A model generated the notes under the pieces. It worked only from the letters and a program-made list of their open reading frames with translations, made no database searches and was not told the DNA's origin. The translations under genes and the position numbers were made by a program. Shown here one piece after another: positions 31,890 through 45,400 of a stretch of 64,000 nt of DNA (positions within the stretch are counted from its first letter, which is position 1; each line of letters opens with the position of its first letter). Source of the DNA: the human T2T-CHM13v2.0 reference genome, Homo sapiens; NCBI RefSeq assembly GCF_009914755.1, contig NC_060929.1. The stretch is one strand, 5' to 3'.

Positions 31890-34330
31890 TATTGGATCTC
31901 CATATAAAATTTACAATTGGCTATTGCTTTCAACAAAAATGTCTGCAGGGATTTGGTTAGAATTGTTTCAAATTTGTAATTTGGGGAAATTGACATCTTT
32001 ACAAAATTCAGATTTCCAATTCATAAATACTCTGTTTTTCATTTAGTCTTTCTTTGACTTTTCTGTCCAAAGTTTATAATTTTCATCATACAAATCTTAA
32101 ACAAATTTTCTTAGATCTAGACATAAATATTTCAAGTTTTTTTGGTGTTATTACAAGTCGTATATGTTTTAAATTACTATCTAATTGTGGATTGCTAATG
32201 TACAAAAATACAATTAATTTTTGTATATTGACTTTTGAAGCAGCAATATTGTTGAACTCATGTATTATATCAGGGAGTGCTTTTTTGTGCATGCTTTGAA
32301 CATCTGACACCAATAACCATATAGTCTACGTACAGACAATTTTCTTTCTTTCTTTCAATATTCTATAATTCTCATGGTTTTTCTTTTCTAGTTTCATTGT
32401 ACTAGAGTTCCTTCACTATGATATTGTGGTAAGCAGAGTAATGCTCCAACCCGCAGAAAGAAAAAGATGTTCACACCCTCATCCCCAGAACTTGTAAATA
32501 TGTGAGTGGTAAAAGTGACTTTGCTGGAGTGTTTAGGAATATGGACAATAGGATTATCCTCGAGACAATAAGATTATCCTGAATTATCCACATGGACCTA
32601 ATTTAATCACATGAGTTCTTACAAATGAGGAGTCCTTTCAGGTAGGATGACACAAGTGAGAAGGATGAACAAAGAGAAGAGATCCAGCAGGTGAGGGGGA
32701 GTTGGCTCACCATGGATAGCTTTGAGCATGGAGAAAGAAGGATCGGAACCCCTGAGTGTGGGAATGGCCCACCGTGCACAGCCAGTGAGAAAACGGGAGC
32801 TGGCTCCTGACCTGAATTCTGCCAAGTAATGGAATGAGCAACAAATGCATTATCTCCTATGACTTTCAGTGAGAAACACAGCCTGGTGACACTTCGATTG
32901 CAGCTCAGTAAGAAGTATGTCAAGCTTCAGACCCACAGACATATAAAATAATAAATATAGGTTGTTTCAAGCCACTAAGTTTGTGGTAATTTTTTTGCAG
33001 TAGCAATAGAAAATTAATTCAGATATTGAATAGGAGTGGTGGGAGAGAACATCTTTGCTTTATTCTCAATCTTAGGGGTCTTTCTGCATTAATATGCAGT
33101 CTTTCACCATTAATATGGTATTAACTGTGTTTTTTTTTTTTTTTTTGGAGGTGACCCTTGTGAGGTCAAGTTAGTGTTCTTTTCCAGATAGTTTCCTGAG
33201 TTTTTATCAAGAATGACTGGATTTTGTCCATTTTTCTCTGCCTCCATGGAAGTGATTATATAGGTGTTCTCCTCTAACATCTTGACATACAAAATTACAT
33301 TGGTTGATTTACAAATGTTGAAAATATGACTCATACTCAATTATGACATTATCATTTTTATCTATTGCTTGATTTTATTTGCTTTTATTATGTTAAATAT
33401 TTTTGTGACCATATTTATGAGGGTTATTAGACTATATTTTTCTTTTCTTGTAATACTTTCATTTAGTTTTAATACAAGTATAATATTGGACTCATAAAAT
33501 AACTTGAGAAGTTTTCTCTATCTTGTATTTTCTGGAAGAGGTTCTATAGAATTGATATTATGTCTCCATGAAATGTTTGATAGAATTTTCCAGTAAAGAT
33601 ATGTGGGTCCAGAGTTTTATTTGTGATAATATTTTAAAATAAGTTTAATTTCTTTAATAGAATTGTACTATTCTGGGAATTTATTTCTTCTTGAATGAGC
33701 TTTGCTAGTTTGCATCATTCACAAAATTTATGCCATCACTTCTTTTGCTTATCTTTACAAACATTTTCTTATTATCGTTTTTATGTCTGCAGAATCTCTA
33801 GTGATGTCACTTCTCACACTTCTAATATTAATAATTTGTCTTTTTTCCTGATCAGTCTGGTTAAAAGTTAATGAATTTCATTGACCTTTCAAAAGTAATC
33901 TGCTTTGATTCCATTGAATGTTTTCTGCTTTATTTTGTTTTCAATTCTATTGATTTCTGCTGCTATATTTATTATTTTTTCTTTATGCTTAATTTAGTTT
34001 TAATTTTCTTTTTCTGTCTATTTTTTGATGTGAAAGTTCTAGCAATTGACTTGAGACCTTTCTTATTTTTGACTTAAGTCTTTAATGCTGTACATTTTCC
34101 TCAAAGTACTACTTTATCTACATCCTATACATTTTTTATGACATGCTTTCAATGTACTTTATTTTTAGAGATTTTCCAATTTCCCTTGGGATGGCCTTTT
34201 TGACACAGAGATTATTTAAAAGTATGTTGCTTATTTTCCAAATTTTGTGGCATTATTCAGGTATCAGATGTTGATTTCTAATTTAATTCATTGTAGTCAG
34301 AGAATGCACTGCAAAATCTGAGCTATTTAA
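31890..34330 (-). mobile_element. Old L1M ORF2 remnant, interrupted by an MLT1 LTR
   Basis: ttggggaaattgacatcttta, aaaatacaattaatttttgtatattga, tgaataggagtggtgggagagaacatctttg, tagtcagagaat. Confidence 0.75.
32425..33021 (+). mobile_element. MaLR solo LTR, MLT1D/E-like
   Basis: TGTGGTAAGCAG...aagccactaagtttgtggtaatt...gcaatagaaaattaattCA; perfect 5-bp TSD gatat (32420-32424 / 33022-33026). Confidence 0.88.
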
Positions 34331-36664
34331 TCTGTATCTTTTTAGATGGCTATCTAGTTTTCTCAATTGTATTTAATAAACAATCTATTTTTCCCATTAA
34401 TTAAAAATGACAGTATTATCATACATATAAATCTCATATATTATTGAATCACATAAATTGAAAAATGGCAATGTTTAATGAACATATTTAATTCACAGCT
34501 TGGCTTTTGCATGTGGACTACATTCCCCAAAAAACATCCATTATGGACAAAAAACCATGATAAACTCTGTGGGCATCTTCAATTTTCCATAACCTTTTGA
34601 ATTAAGCTGTAGAATTGTTCAGGCATTCAGTCACATTCTTTTAAATAATTTTTTTTTCACAAAGTTTACTTGGCTTACATATTTTTAGGTATTCTGGGTT
34701 CTTTTACACAGTAAGAATTCAAAACTTTTTAAGTAACTTAAAGAGGATATTGTTTGTGATCTTGACTTGACTTGCAGGATTATGAATGTCAAGATCATGA
34801 AGATACAGTTGATTTAAAATTGCACATGTTACTGTGGTTTATGCTATGCTCAGACAGAATGTTCAAGTAATACTTTACGATCCAAGGACAAAGGTGATTT
34901 TTTTCTATAAATTTCTAATCATTTATTTTTTAAAGTGCTTGACAAGGGAAGTCAGTGATACACAAAAAGCACCAGAACATCTCTACCTGCCCTAGGGGAA
35001 GAGAGGGAGGCATGCAAATCAGAGGGAAGGTGACACCGAGAGCCTCTAAGCACAGGCATATCTATATCTGGATCTGTATCTACTCCTTCCCTATCTACGT
35101 CTATCTATATTTATACACAAAGGCTACAAAGCAGCCCTCTGAAATGAATTCTCACTGGAAGAATGAGAAAAACGAATGAGAAAAAGCTTGCCGGAGAAAG
35201 CGCTTTCACATTCATAGTAGCTCAAGGGGCCTTCGAGAATTTACCTTAAGAGAGAAATCCAAGCTTCTGACAGAATGAAGAAAAGAGACTGTGAGCGAAA
35301 AATCAGTTTATTGTAAATTGAACTGTTCCTTCCAGAAAGTAGGCGTATAAAAGGAAGAAAACTTTGCCCGGAGAGGAGTGTGCCTCTCATGACACTTAAT
35401 GATTATTAGAGGATGCATTTAAGGAAGTGAATAAACAGAAGGGTGAACCAAAACAGGGAACAGATTCATAGATGCTTTTTCTTGGTAAAAAAAATCTCCA
35501 AGTAACAAGTAGATCCTTTGGGTTGTTCTTTGGAAGGCTGCATTTATTTTTGAAAGAGTATTTCCTGCAGCTTTTTTCATCATTCACATACATTTTTGAA
35601 TAAGTAAATATATATGTGTGTGTGTGTGCATGTGTATACACACAAAGATGCATACACATAATTTTTTTAATTCAGGAAAGCATCTTTGCCTATAGATGAC
35701 ATTTTATATTGACAGTGCTTTCCAGAATATCTGATCATTGGCAATCAGGATCCCATATTTATGGAAGAAATATTTTCTTTACATACCTCAAGGCATAACT
35801 ATCTTGCATCTTTGCAAACTGCCCAGGGCAGAGTACTCTGGCGCTATCTGTTAACACCAGAAGGTTCTGAATTACATATTTTATGTTAAGATGCAAAACA
35901 GTGTCACCTAGGGGCCTCAGATCTTTGAGGAAAAATGGTATTTTTGTAATGAGTGTGTCTTTTTCCTTCATCAAGTCACTTTTCTGAGCATAAAAAGATG
36001 TTAATTTTTTGACCCTTCTTCCATAGTCATATTAAGAGGAATTTTCCATAAAGGATTTATTGGCTGTAGTTAAAGTGAAATACACGCATGAATTAAATGC
36101 TAATAGAATGAAAAGCCCTTGCAGTGAATTTCTTTATAATTAATATCCAGACATATTACAGGTAGCAGGGGGTCTATTTTATCTATTATTTTGACTTAAA
36201 GTGGGCATATTAGTGACTAGCCTCCTGATTGGGCTTAACTGTTCTTCGAGTCCTTCTTCTCACAGACAGACTAGGAAGGCAGAAGGAGCAAACTGCTGTT
36301 TTTATACAAAGCAGGCATCTACCAGTCTCCGGATAGTCACAATTTTATTATTTTATTCTAAAGATAATATCACTAGTGCAAAAAAAAAATTATCGAGTAG
36401 GGGGACTATAAAAAAGCCCCAAATGACAGTTATTTCTGACTGTCAATTCCCACGTTTAATGAGAAACTCTGCCCGATTTAATGAATCCTGGTCCTTCCAT
36501 CTGGCGTCATTTTAAACATAACCTGCCTCTGCAATTCAGTGGTGTCAGTTTTTGGCCTCCATTGTGGCAGCTGGACATACCTCTAATGGAAGGAGGTTTT
36601 CTTGTGAACTATGAAACAGATATAAGAAATCACTACTAATTTACTCAGAGAGGGCAAGAAAACA

Positions 36665-36699
36665 TGTGTGTCTCTGTCTGTGTGTGTGCACATGCAGAC

Positions 36700-36731
<32 letters not shown>
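36665..36731. repeat. Compound (TG)/(CAGA)n microsatellite
   Basis: Direct reading. Confidence 0.8.
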
Positions 36732-37727
36732 TTAGAATGTGTGCATGATGGCGTTGTAGAGACAGGAAAATGTTGAATCAGGACTGGAAACGTCCTGTGC
36801 GTGCATTAGTACAGGGAGCAAAAACAATAAGGCAGAAAAAATTGCATTTTATGTCACCAGTGCAATTCAATATCAAAGCCTAATTGGGTCACGCTTGCAG
36901 GTAAAGCCAGCGTGCTGCCTGCCGCCATGAGGACAGACCACCTTAGCCCCTCCCTGCACGTGTGAGTTTAGCCTGGCACATGCTCACGCTCCGATTTTAT
37001 TTAAAATGCGTTCTCTTTCTGTCTCGTGCTGGTGGCTTGGTAAGCTGGAAGGAGGAAAAAGACCCGGTTTCCCCTGAAATCAGTGGAACTTGTTAGATCA
37101 GGGCTATTCTTTTCCTTAATGGTGTGAAGGGAAACTCAGCCGCGCCTTCCACTTCTTCCCGGCTTCTGTGGGCTGAACCTGACCCAGAGTCAGATGAAAA
37201 GTAGGAACCAAATGCCTTCCATCTCAATCACTACTTAATAAAGAGATTAGAGAAAGGAAGATGAAGGAGAGAAAAATCTGTTTCCGACCTACATGGAGTT
37301 ATCTTACTCTCAACGTTAAAGAGGAAAAGAGGACATTACATTGGATTTCCCACTATCTCTTCTCCCCACTTCCTTCTCTCTCTTCCACTCCACTTTGCCG
37401 TTGCTGTCTGCGTTATTTTTTTTAAAGCTCCGAGAGACAGACGTTCACGGCTTCTCTGTGGTCCCAAGACCTCAGTCTGGCAGAATCGAGGAGAAAGAAT
37501 GCAGGTTATGTCGCGCAGTCAAAACAGTGACCGAGGCAAGTAATTCAGACAAGTCGACCCCAAGCGCTGGGCGACTCTCATGACTGGATTTAGTGGCAGG
37601 CGAACATTGGAGCCCTCAAGGAGGTAACAATAAATCCACAACAGGTCGAAGTACCCTCCACATGCAAAACTTCCTGCCGGACGGACGGTGTCCCCGCAGC
37701 CCAGGCTGGCCTCAGGTCTGTGACAAT

Positions 37728-37742
37728 GCTGCCACCTGCTGC
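37728..37742 (-). promoter_or_regulatory. Candidate CTCF-like motif in a CpG-enriched unique block
   Basis: Minus strand GCAGCAGGTGGCAGC versus core CCASYAGRKGGCRS (one mismatch). Confidence 0.35.
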
Positions 37743-40700
37743 TCCAGGCCTCTCTCCGGGAGGCGAGGCGGCTCCGGGCACCTTGTCTCCAGCTGAGGCT
37801 GAGCGAGCACGCCTTTGTTTAGGGCCCCTTGTCTCGGCCTGTGTCAGAGCTTGCAGGGGCGTTGGGCCTCTCTCTGCAGGGAGGACTGGTTTTAGAGGAC
37901 TCCCGCTTCCCCCAGTTGTATCAGTTCAGGTGTAAACCCGATATGCAATAGGATCCGGCGTGGTGTCCACACTCATTAGACACATGGCATCGTTTCCAAA
38001 GGTACGTGCAAGGGGGACACCCTTGATCTCATGGGCATGTCAGGCTATGGTGCTAAACCCTAACTCCTGGGCAGCGTACCTACAGTCTCTGTCCTGTCGC
38101 TGAGCAATTAAACAACGTGATAGAAACAAAACGCCGAGGCGGCTGGCATTTTCCTTCTCAGCAAGACGGAAGAAAAACTTGTGGGAGTTTCATTCTTGCT
38201 GTCTTGTGCTGAGGCGATGTGGCTGTAAATAATGAGACATTGTGTAATTGTGTTGTCTGTCAAAATGTGTCTGACAGATGAGCCCAGGAGCATGGGTGGA
38301 AGTTAAGACTGCCTCCCCGATGTATAATTTGAGGGCAAGGGGCTCTTTGACTAACCTTTCCTTAAGAGCAAATATTCCTTCTCTTACAGCATCATTAGAT
38401 TATTCATACAGCATTCCCTCGCTTTCTTTCATCACCCACTTGGTTTAAAATGTTCAGGTTTGCTATCAACGAACCGAGAATCTCCTGAAAAATGATGTTC
38501 TTCAACTGCTTTGTCATTTTTCAGAGTCATGTTTGGAAAAAGTGGTTCTTCAATATACACAATTATTTTTTTTTTACCACTGTATTCAGGGTCATAACTA
38601 TTCCTCTGTTTGGTACAGAAAAAATAAAGTTGATATCCCTTGTAGTCTGTGAATGAAAAAGAACATTTGGATAATCTTCCCAATTCACCAATTTAGGACT
38701 GCCCTCATCCTCACTAAAGGGTGATGTATCTGCTTATCATGAGGGTAACAGGGTGGGGAGGGAAGCCTGCGGAGAGGATGGGTAATGAGGGGTAGACAGA
38801 GGCTAAGTAGGAGGCAGGGAGGGGCCAGGTGAGGGGAGAAACCCTGAAAATATCAGCAGAGGCCAGGAGAGAGAGGCTCCTGATTCCCCTGACCTCCGAG
38901 GAAACAGTGCTGAACTCACAGTGAAGTAAATGTAAAGTCAGACCAAAGAGTTTAGTCACTCTGATGGTATTAACTAGGAAAAGACAATGTTTACAAATCA
39001 CCATTGCCCCAGTAAGTCAATTGCAGGGAAATCGTCCTATAACCACTTCCAAGAAGGACGGGAACAGGAGCATTTCACCAGGTACTAGTCTTCCCTCGGG
39101 GAGCTCCCCAGCATGAGGAAGAAAATGTCCTATGAAACCGGTTTCTGAAAAGCATTGCAACATAGGAAACTGATATGTGTATGTGGTTTCTGATTAAAGT
39201 GAGTGCTGTGAAATGGGTTATTTTAAGAAATATATGTTTATTGTATTAAGGGGACATTTGATACAAATTGGAGGATCTCAAATTAATTATACTTCTTCTA
39301 AATCAAAAGTATAATTATTACCTGGGAAATCTGCTGGGAAGGAAGTTTAGTGATGGTTTTTATGTTAGCGATAAAATACACTTTTTCTCGTCTTTATCTC
39401 ACTTCCAGACTTTGCAATACGTGGTGGGTTTAATTACAATGAATATGTCAAAATATCCCAAATTCCCCAAAATTACACCAGTCTACAGTCTACTGTCTCT
39501 GACTCATAATATAACCTCTTTAATCCTGCCTGTAATCTCCTGTCTTTGAAATAATGTAATGACCTTTTCCCCAATGGACACACACATTTTTGCACACTGC
39601 TAATCAAACATTTTAAGTCTAAAACACGTAAAATCTAATGTAGTTATAATCATGTCTAAGGTATTTAGTTACAAATCGATTCCTCAGCATGGCTACGGCC
39701 ATGGTGTACATACACTTTCCTATGTGTTGTTTGGAGATTGGTCACTGGCCATGTCACCATTAGTTGCAGTGGGTACCTGGCCAGGAAAAACAAGTTTGCA
39801 CCTGACTCAGCTCACAGGAAGGAGTCTGAAAAATAGGGCAAAGGCAAAGCTCTTTAGGGAAAAATTATGAGAAATTACTGCAAAGCGTCATCAACTTTCA
39901 TTGAATGGAAGCACTTGTGTTCACTTGGCATTTCACGTCAATAGGTAAATGGGTTTTTCCTTTGTTTCCCGATGTCAGCAAATATCAAGCCCCAGTTGAT
40001 ATTTACTTTATTCCCAGGGGTCGGACTGTCAGATAGTTATCCTCTATAATCAACTGTGGAGCCAAGTGTATAGAAAGGGAAATGATACTGATGGCCCCTC
40101 ACAGGCCACAGCGATTCACTCAGATCCCAGCACACTGTCTGCTGAGAGCTCCCCTATCAGATTTAACGTGTGAAGGTTCCAACTCCTTAGATAATTCAGA
40201 TTCTAGCATGGGCTAGGATTTACATCCATCACTTACTTATTTTCCAGTAGGCCTTTTGCAATGTAAATGTGCAGGGTTCATTCACTTTTACCTAAAATAA
40301 TACCCTTTTACGAGTCTTCTACCAGGTCTTCCAGCAATGCCTGTGTTCCTTCAGAAATCACAGCATCAAAGGGGAGGTTTCCCCACTTAATCTAACCGAC
40401 TTTTTGGGTATTTCTTTTCATGTTCTCCTAAGTTTTCTTACTCATTAAGATTCAGCCCTTTTATTGTTTTCCAGGTATTTTTTTTCTCTGAGCTCCTGTT
40501 TAGAATCCCCCAAAAGCATCACTTAAGCCAGACAAAATGTGATTCACTATTATCTATGCTTCTTTTTATTCTTTCTCATAAATCAATCCTTTCAGCCCCT
40601 TTATCATTCTTGCTTCTCTTTGTGCTTTTGAGTTTGCTGACATCAACATCATTTGTATAATGAAGTGCACCTACTTGATGTGGGTCTATGTGGGTAATGG

Positions 40701-41842
40701 ACATGGGATGTCCCAACACGGGAACACTAGGCAGGGCTTTGTGAGGTCACACACAGGAACACACATACACAGGCGCACACACACTCATTCCAGCAGTCCA
40801 ATCAATGTAAAGACCTGTCTTGTTTTAACCCTCGCTACAGATACAGGCCCCTGCACTTCAGCTTGATGCCAGAGGGCTTACACGTAAACTCTGCTTGACT
40901 TGGAAATCAAAGAGAGGTGAGAAGAGTTCAGATTTTCTCCTGCTGAGGTAGGAGGCTTGCCAAGAGACAAGACTGGACTCATAAGGTCTGCAACTGGCTT
41001 TATCTAGTTAATAGCAGCCTTTGACATCACAAAACATGCTATTTCCTTGTGTTCATGTCTTTAAGAGGAGCCACGGTGAAAGCAAACATTAAAGATTTTA
41101 ATCTAACAAAAATGTGGAGTGAAAGTAAGACATTTTACACCTGCTCTCTGCACTACTATTTCAGGAGGAGGTCGGTCGCTGATGTTGAAACTGTTATTCA
41201 TAAATGTTTTCCATCTGTGTTTGTTTCTGATTTCTCATCTGCATCCGCAGTTATGCAATGTCCTCCAATGTTTGTCTCTTCTTCCTGAAATACGGTCTAT
41301 TTCACATTGCACTGCCCATTTTCACAAGGCATCACTGGACTAGGGAGTCCTCAGAGAAAGCCAGGTATGGTTCAGCTGTTTCCTTTCCAGTGTATATGAC
41401 ACTTGGGAAAAAGACAGCTTGAGGGTAAATTTGCCTCATCGTTAGAGATACCTTATTAATATTAAGTCTGCAAAACAAGTCCTCTCTTTAATTCAACACT
41501 TCCAAAATGAACAAAGAGTTACAATGCCCTGCAGTAAAAGGCGACTTAATTGCATTTGGCCAATATTTATTTCGTGCACACTGTGTAAGACGCATTGAAC
41601 TAGAGAGTATAAAAATTGGTAAATTACCATCTCTCAACTAAATAATCTTATGGTCTCATAACAGAAATAGGTTACAATGAATGTACAAATAACAATTTAA
41701 ATAAAGATAATAATGAGATTTTTAAATGATTAAAGTTATTCTCCAAGAACACTTTAAACACAGTGCTTAAATTGTTTCTATTTATTGAGCTTCTACTACA
41801 ATGAAGACTATATGGTAATTCTAGGATTAGAGACGCATGAGC

Positions 41843-41843
<1 letters not shown>

Positions 41844-41881
<38 letters not shown>
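41844..41881. repeat. (AC)19 microsatellite
   Basis: Direct reading. Confidence 0.98.
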
Positions 41882-41884
<3 letters not shown>

Positions 41885-41914
41885 GCCCCCAACTCACAAA
41901 CAGTAGAAAGCATG

Positions 41915-42190
41915 TGACATTAAATAATTGCATCATTTAATTCTTGCAGCAACCGTGGTATTATAATCCCCCATTACACATGAGAGCACTCAGTGTAACC
42001 ATAGGGAGTTTATCTGCTGCCAGCCACACTGAAGAGGCAGGGCATACTTCAGGTATCAGGGGTTGAGATTTGGCTACGAGAGCTAGAATGTCTGGTTCCA
42101 ACTCCAGTTCCACAACATGAAAGCTGCGTGACACTGAGCAAGTCACTCAATAACTCTGTCTGAGTTTCCCCGCGCTGTAAAGGTTTGTTT
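41915..42190. mobile_element. Two adjacent MIR fragments in opposite orientation
   Basis: Antisense catttaattcttgcagcaacc...ccccattacacatgag, then sense gctgcgtgacactgagcaagtcactcaa...ctgagtttcccc...ctgtaaaa. Confidence 0.6.
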
Positions 42191-42409
42191 TGAGAAGTGA
42201 ATTAATCCTCATCTTGATCTACCTAGGGAGATCTAGTATACAAGAAATTCCTCTGTCATCTTTACTTTTTTTTAATCAAAAAGTTAAACAACTTCAGTGC
42301 TTGACCATTGATTTGGTAGAAGAAACTTTTCGTCCTTTCTACTTTTCTTCTATTCTTCCTTCTTTCCTTCCTTCTCAGTTTCTTTTGCTGAAATGGTGGG
42401 GGTTGTTGT

Positions 42410-42488
42410 TCTCTTCCTCCTCCTCCTCCTCCTCCTCTTCCTCCTCTTCCTCTTCCTCTCCCCCCACTCCTTCTCTTCCTTCTTCTTT
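42410..42488. repeat. (TCC)n / polypyrimidine low-complexity tract
   Basis: Direct reading. Confidence 0.9.
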
Positions 42489-45400
42489 GGAATAACTGAC
42501 AGTGTGCATAATTATTCACCTCTTGCAACAGCAGAATTAAGTGTCAAATATGCTGCTTACTTTCATTAACTCCTACTCTAAATTGTTAATAATTTGGCTT
42601 CCCGGAAAAAAGACCACAAAATGTTAAGATAGAAATGGTTCAAAAGTGCACTACTTCACCAAGTTTTCTTTCTTTCCTTTTTTTTTTTTTTTTGGATACT
42701 TTTTTTTCAACATGTGCACTCAGTAAGACAGTAGAACTCTCCCAGTGGCAGTCCATCTGATTTGTAAACCATAGCAAATAAATCATTGACTTCAGAAATA
42801 TGTTACTTTAAAAAAAATGGCTAAAATGCCTCCAATTGTTTTTCCTGTACAGATTTTAGCAGAGAAAAATCTGGTGCACCTAATATTAGATTACAGCAAA
42901 GAGAGTGAGAATGGTGTTTGTTCAGAAAAGCCCTCAGCATCATTGCGAACCATTCAGGCAGCACGGGAGCTTCTGGAGGTGAAGGTGTCTGGTGAGGCTG
43001 ATCAGACATGGGCTGAGTCTCCAAGTTCTCATGCACACATGTGCTTCCTGCGCTTGGACTTCTCTCCTCCAGGCTCAGCCAATCTCAGGGGAAACAGCAC
43101 TCCGGCAGGAGTGACTCCTTCTCCCACAGACTCCTTGCAGCACACACAGACGTTTCCAGTGATTCCCAAGAAAGGTTAAATTTACAAGAACATAGTCACC
43201 ACTTTCTATTTTTTATACATTTTATAAAATTGAGTGTGATTTTGGAACACAGACAGACATTCAAAAGATCATACTACTAGAAACATTATCATCCTGCCAC
43301 CCATTTAGCTCAGAATCTTTGAGTTAGGTGAGTTATTTTACATAAACCATAAAATTTTATCAATTGAATTTAACAATTGTAAAGGTAATCCCATACTATA
43401 CTCACCAATAGCTAATGGCTATTTTAAAAATTGTGGGATCTAATTTTTCCCTCTATTCATTTTACTTGTAATAATGTAATCTCAGTATAGCACACTGGGG
43501 CTAATTAATTAGGACAGTTCAAGTTGGAATATAGTTACCTGTTAATGAAAATGCTTGATTTCAGAAATGATCACCTATTCAATGACATATGAGAATTATA
43601 ACACATAATTTATATTTATAATATAACAATTACTTGATTTCATCATTTAAAGATATTTTATAAAAGTGATTCCTAATAGAAAACAATAATTTAATTTTAA
43701 AAACATAAATCAAGAAAGTAAACATTGTAAAGTCAACAGCAACTTAATTAATGTCAGTGTTTTCAATACAATGTATTATTAAGGGAACTGAGCATATTAA
43801 AATAATACATAGTATACATAAGAGGACATAATTTTAAAAATTGACAATTTATGACATAATATTTACTCAAAAACTCAATTGAATGCCTATATGTATATTA
43901 AAATATATGTAGGTCCCTAATTTTCAAAAATAACTTAAATGCTGTTTATAAAATTTGTAGTCCATTATCTATTATCTAAACAAATGCAAAGAGCAAGAAA
44001 CTTTTTTTGTACAAGCAAATATCAAGTTACAGCACAGTTAATAATTTCCATTTATTGTATATAACTTGAATATTGTACCTCTATAAAAATTAGTCATAAC
44101 TTTCTATTCAGAATTTTTATTTAAAAAGTAGAGATTTTATTACAAATCATTTAACTTATGTTAATTCCTCTTTTGTGTTAAATTTTAAAACTGAATAAGA
44201 AGTTAAATAAAAACTCAAAGAATTTCTATTTGTGTCATTCCATCAGATGTTGAAAATTTGACTCTCCTCAAAGAAGAGGAATCCTCTGAACTAATGTCAC
44301 TGCCAAAACTTACAGTAGAAAATGCAAAATTGAAAAGGACTTGTAAAGAGATTTATATTACACCAAAATATTATACAGCTCCTTTTCATATTTTTTTCCT
44401 AACTAGTTCAACAACTGGGCTTATTAAAAAAGCTAGTCTGGTTATTGGATAACTTTGCTTTAAAAGGTTATTAGAATAACCTGCTAATTAAAAAGCACAA
44501 ATCAAACTCCTATAAAAAGTCTAAATGGAGAAGGGCTCAGCTAATTGGAGCCTCTTTCATATTGGTTTGAGAGTCCTGGAGTGCCTAGATTGCATTTTGA
44601 ATGGTGTCATTATGCTGGCCCAGTGCGGTCATATTGGGAGCCGTGTTCCCAGACAGCCTCCCAGGATCTGTATGTGAAGCTGCAGTCAGCATGAGGGGTG
44701 ACACAGGCAACTCAATACCCTTATTGCAAAGTCCTGAATTCAAATATTAGCATATACGGCAAACAATCAAAAATAGCATTGTATTCAGCCATCTTAACAG
44801 GAATGAGATTTGGAGCAAAATTGGTAAGAATAAAATGGAGATGACGAAAGGGTGTTTTTAACTCAAAAGAAAGAGCCCCCACCCTTCCTGAAAGTGAAGT
44901 GCTCAGAAAGAGACAGATCGTAATGAGAAGAGAAAAGGCACCTGGCATTTGCATCGCCCTCCACCTGGAGCCCTGACTGGAGAGGGTGTAATTAGAGCGC
45001 TCTTTGTGCAGGGAACAAAGGCCTGTCAGGATGAAGAAAAGCCCCAAGCTAAGCAAAACCCCGACTAGTTACATCTTTCAATTTCTTCTCGCTGCCTTGA
45101 AAAGAGGAAATATAAGAAAACAGGTGTGGGCTGGATTTTTCTAATGTTTGGAAGGGAAAGATTCGTCTTCTGTTAATATTCTTACAGGGAGTAATTACAT
45201 CTTTTCAAGGCCAGAGAACAACTCAACATTCACTGGGCCAACTAACTGCGGGAATAGGATCAGGAGGGTCAATCCTGATGCAACACGCCCTCTCTTTCTC
45301 TTAGTCATGCTAATTTTGTCAAAATATTGAGTTTTGGATTGATTAATTTGTCTTGTGATGTTGCAGGGTTTCGTTTTCTCCTGGATCAGCAGCACAAAAT

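Noticed and set aside
42190-42528. Poly-Ser and RGG-like ORFs
   Set aside because: Artefacts of the (TCC)n tract.
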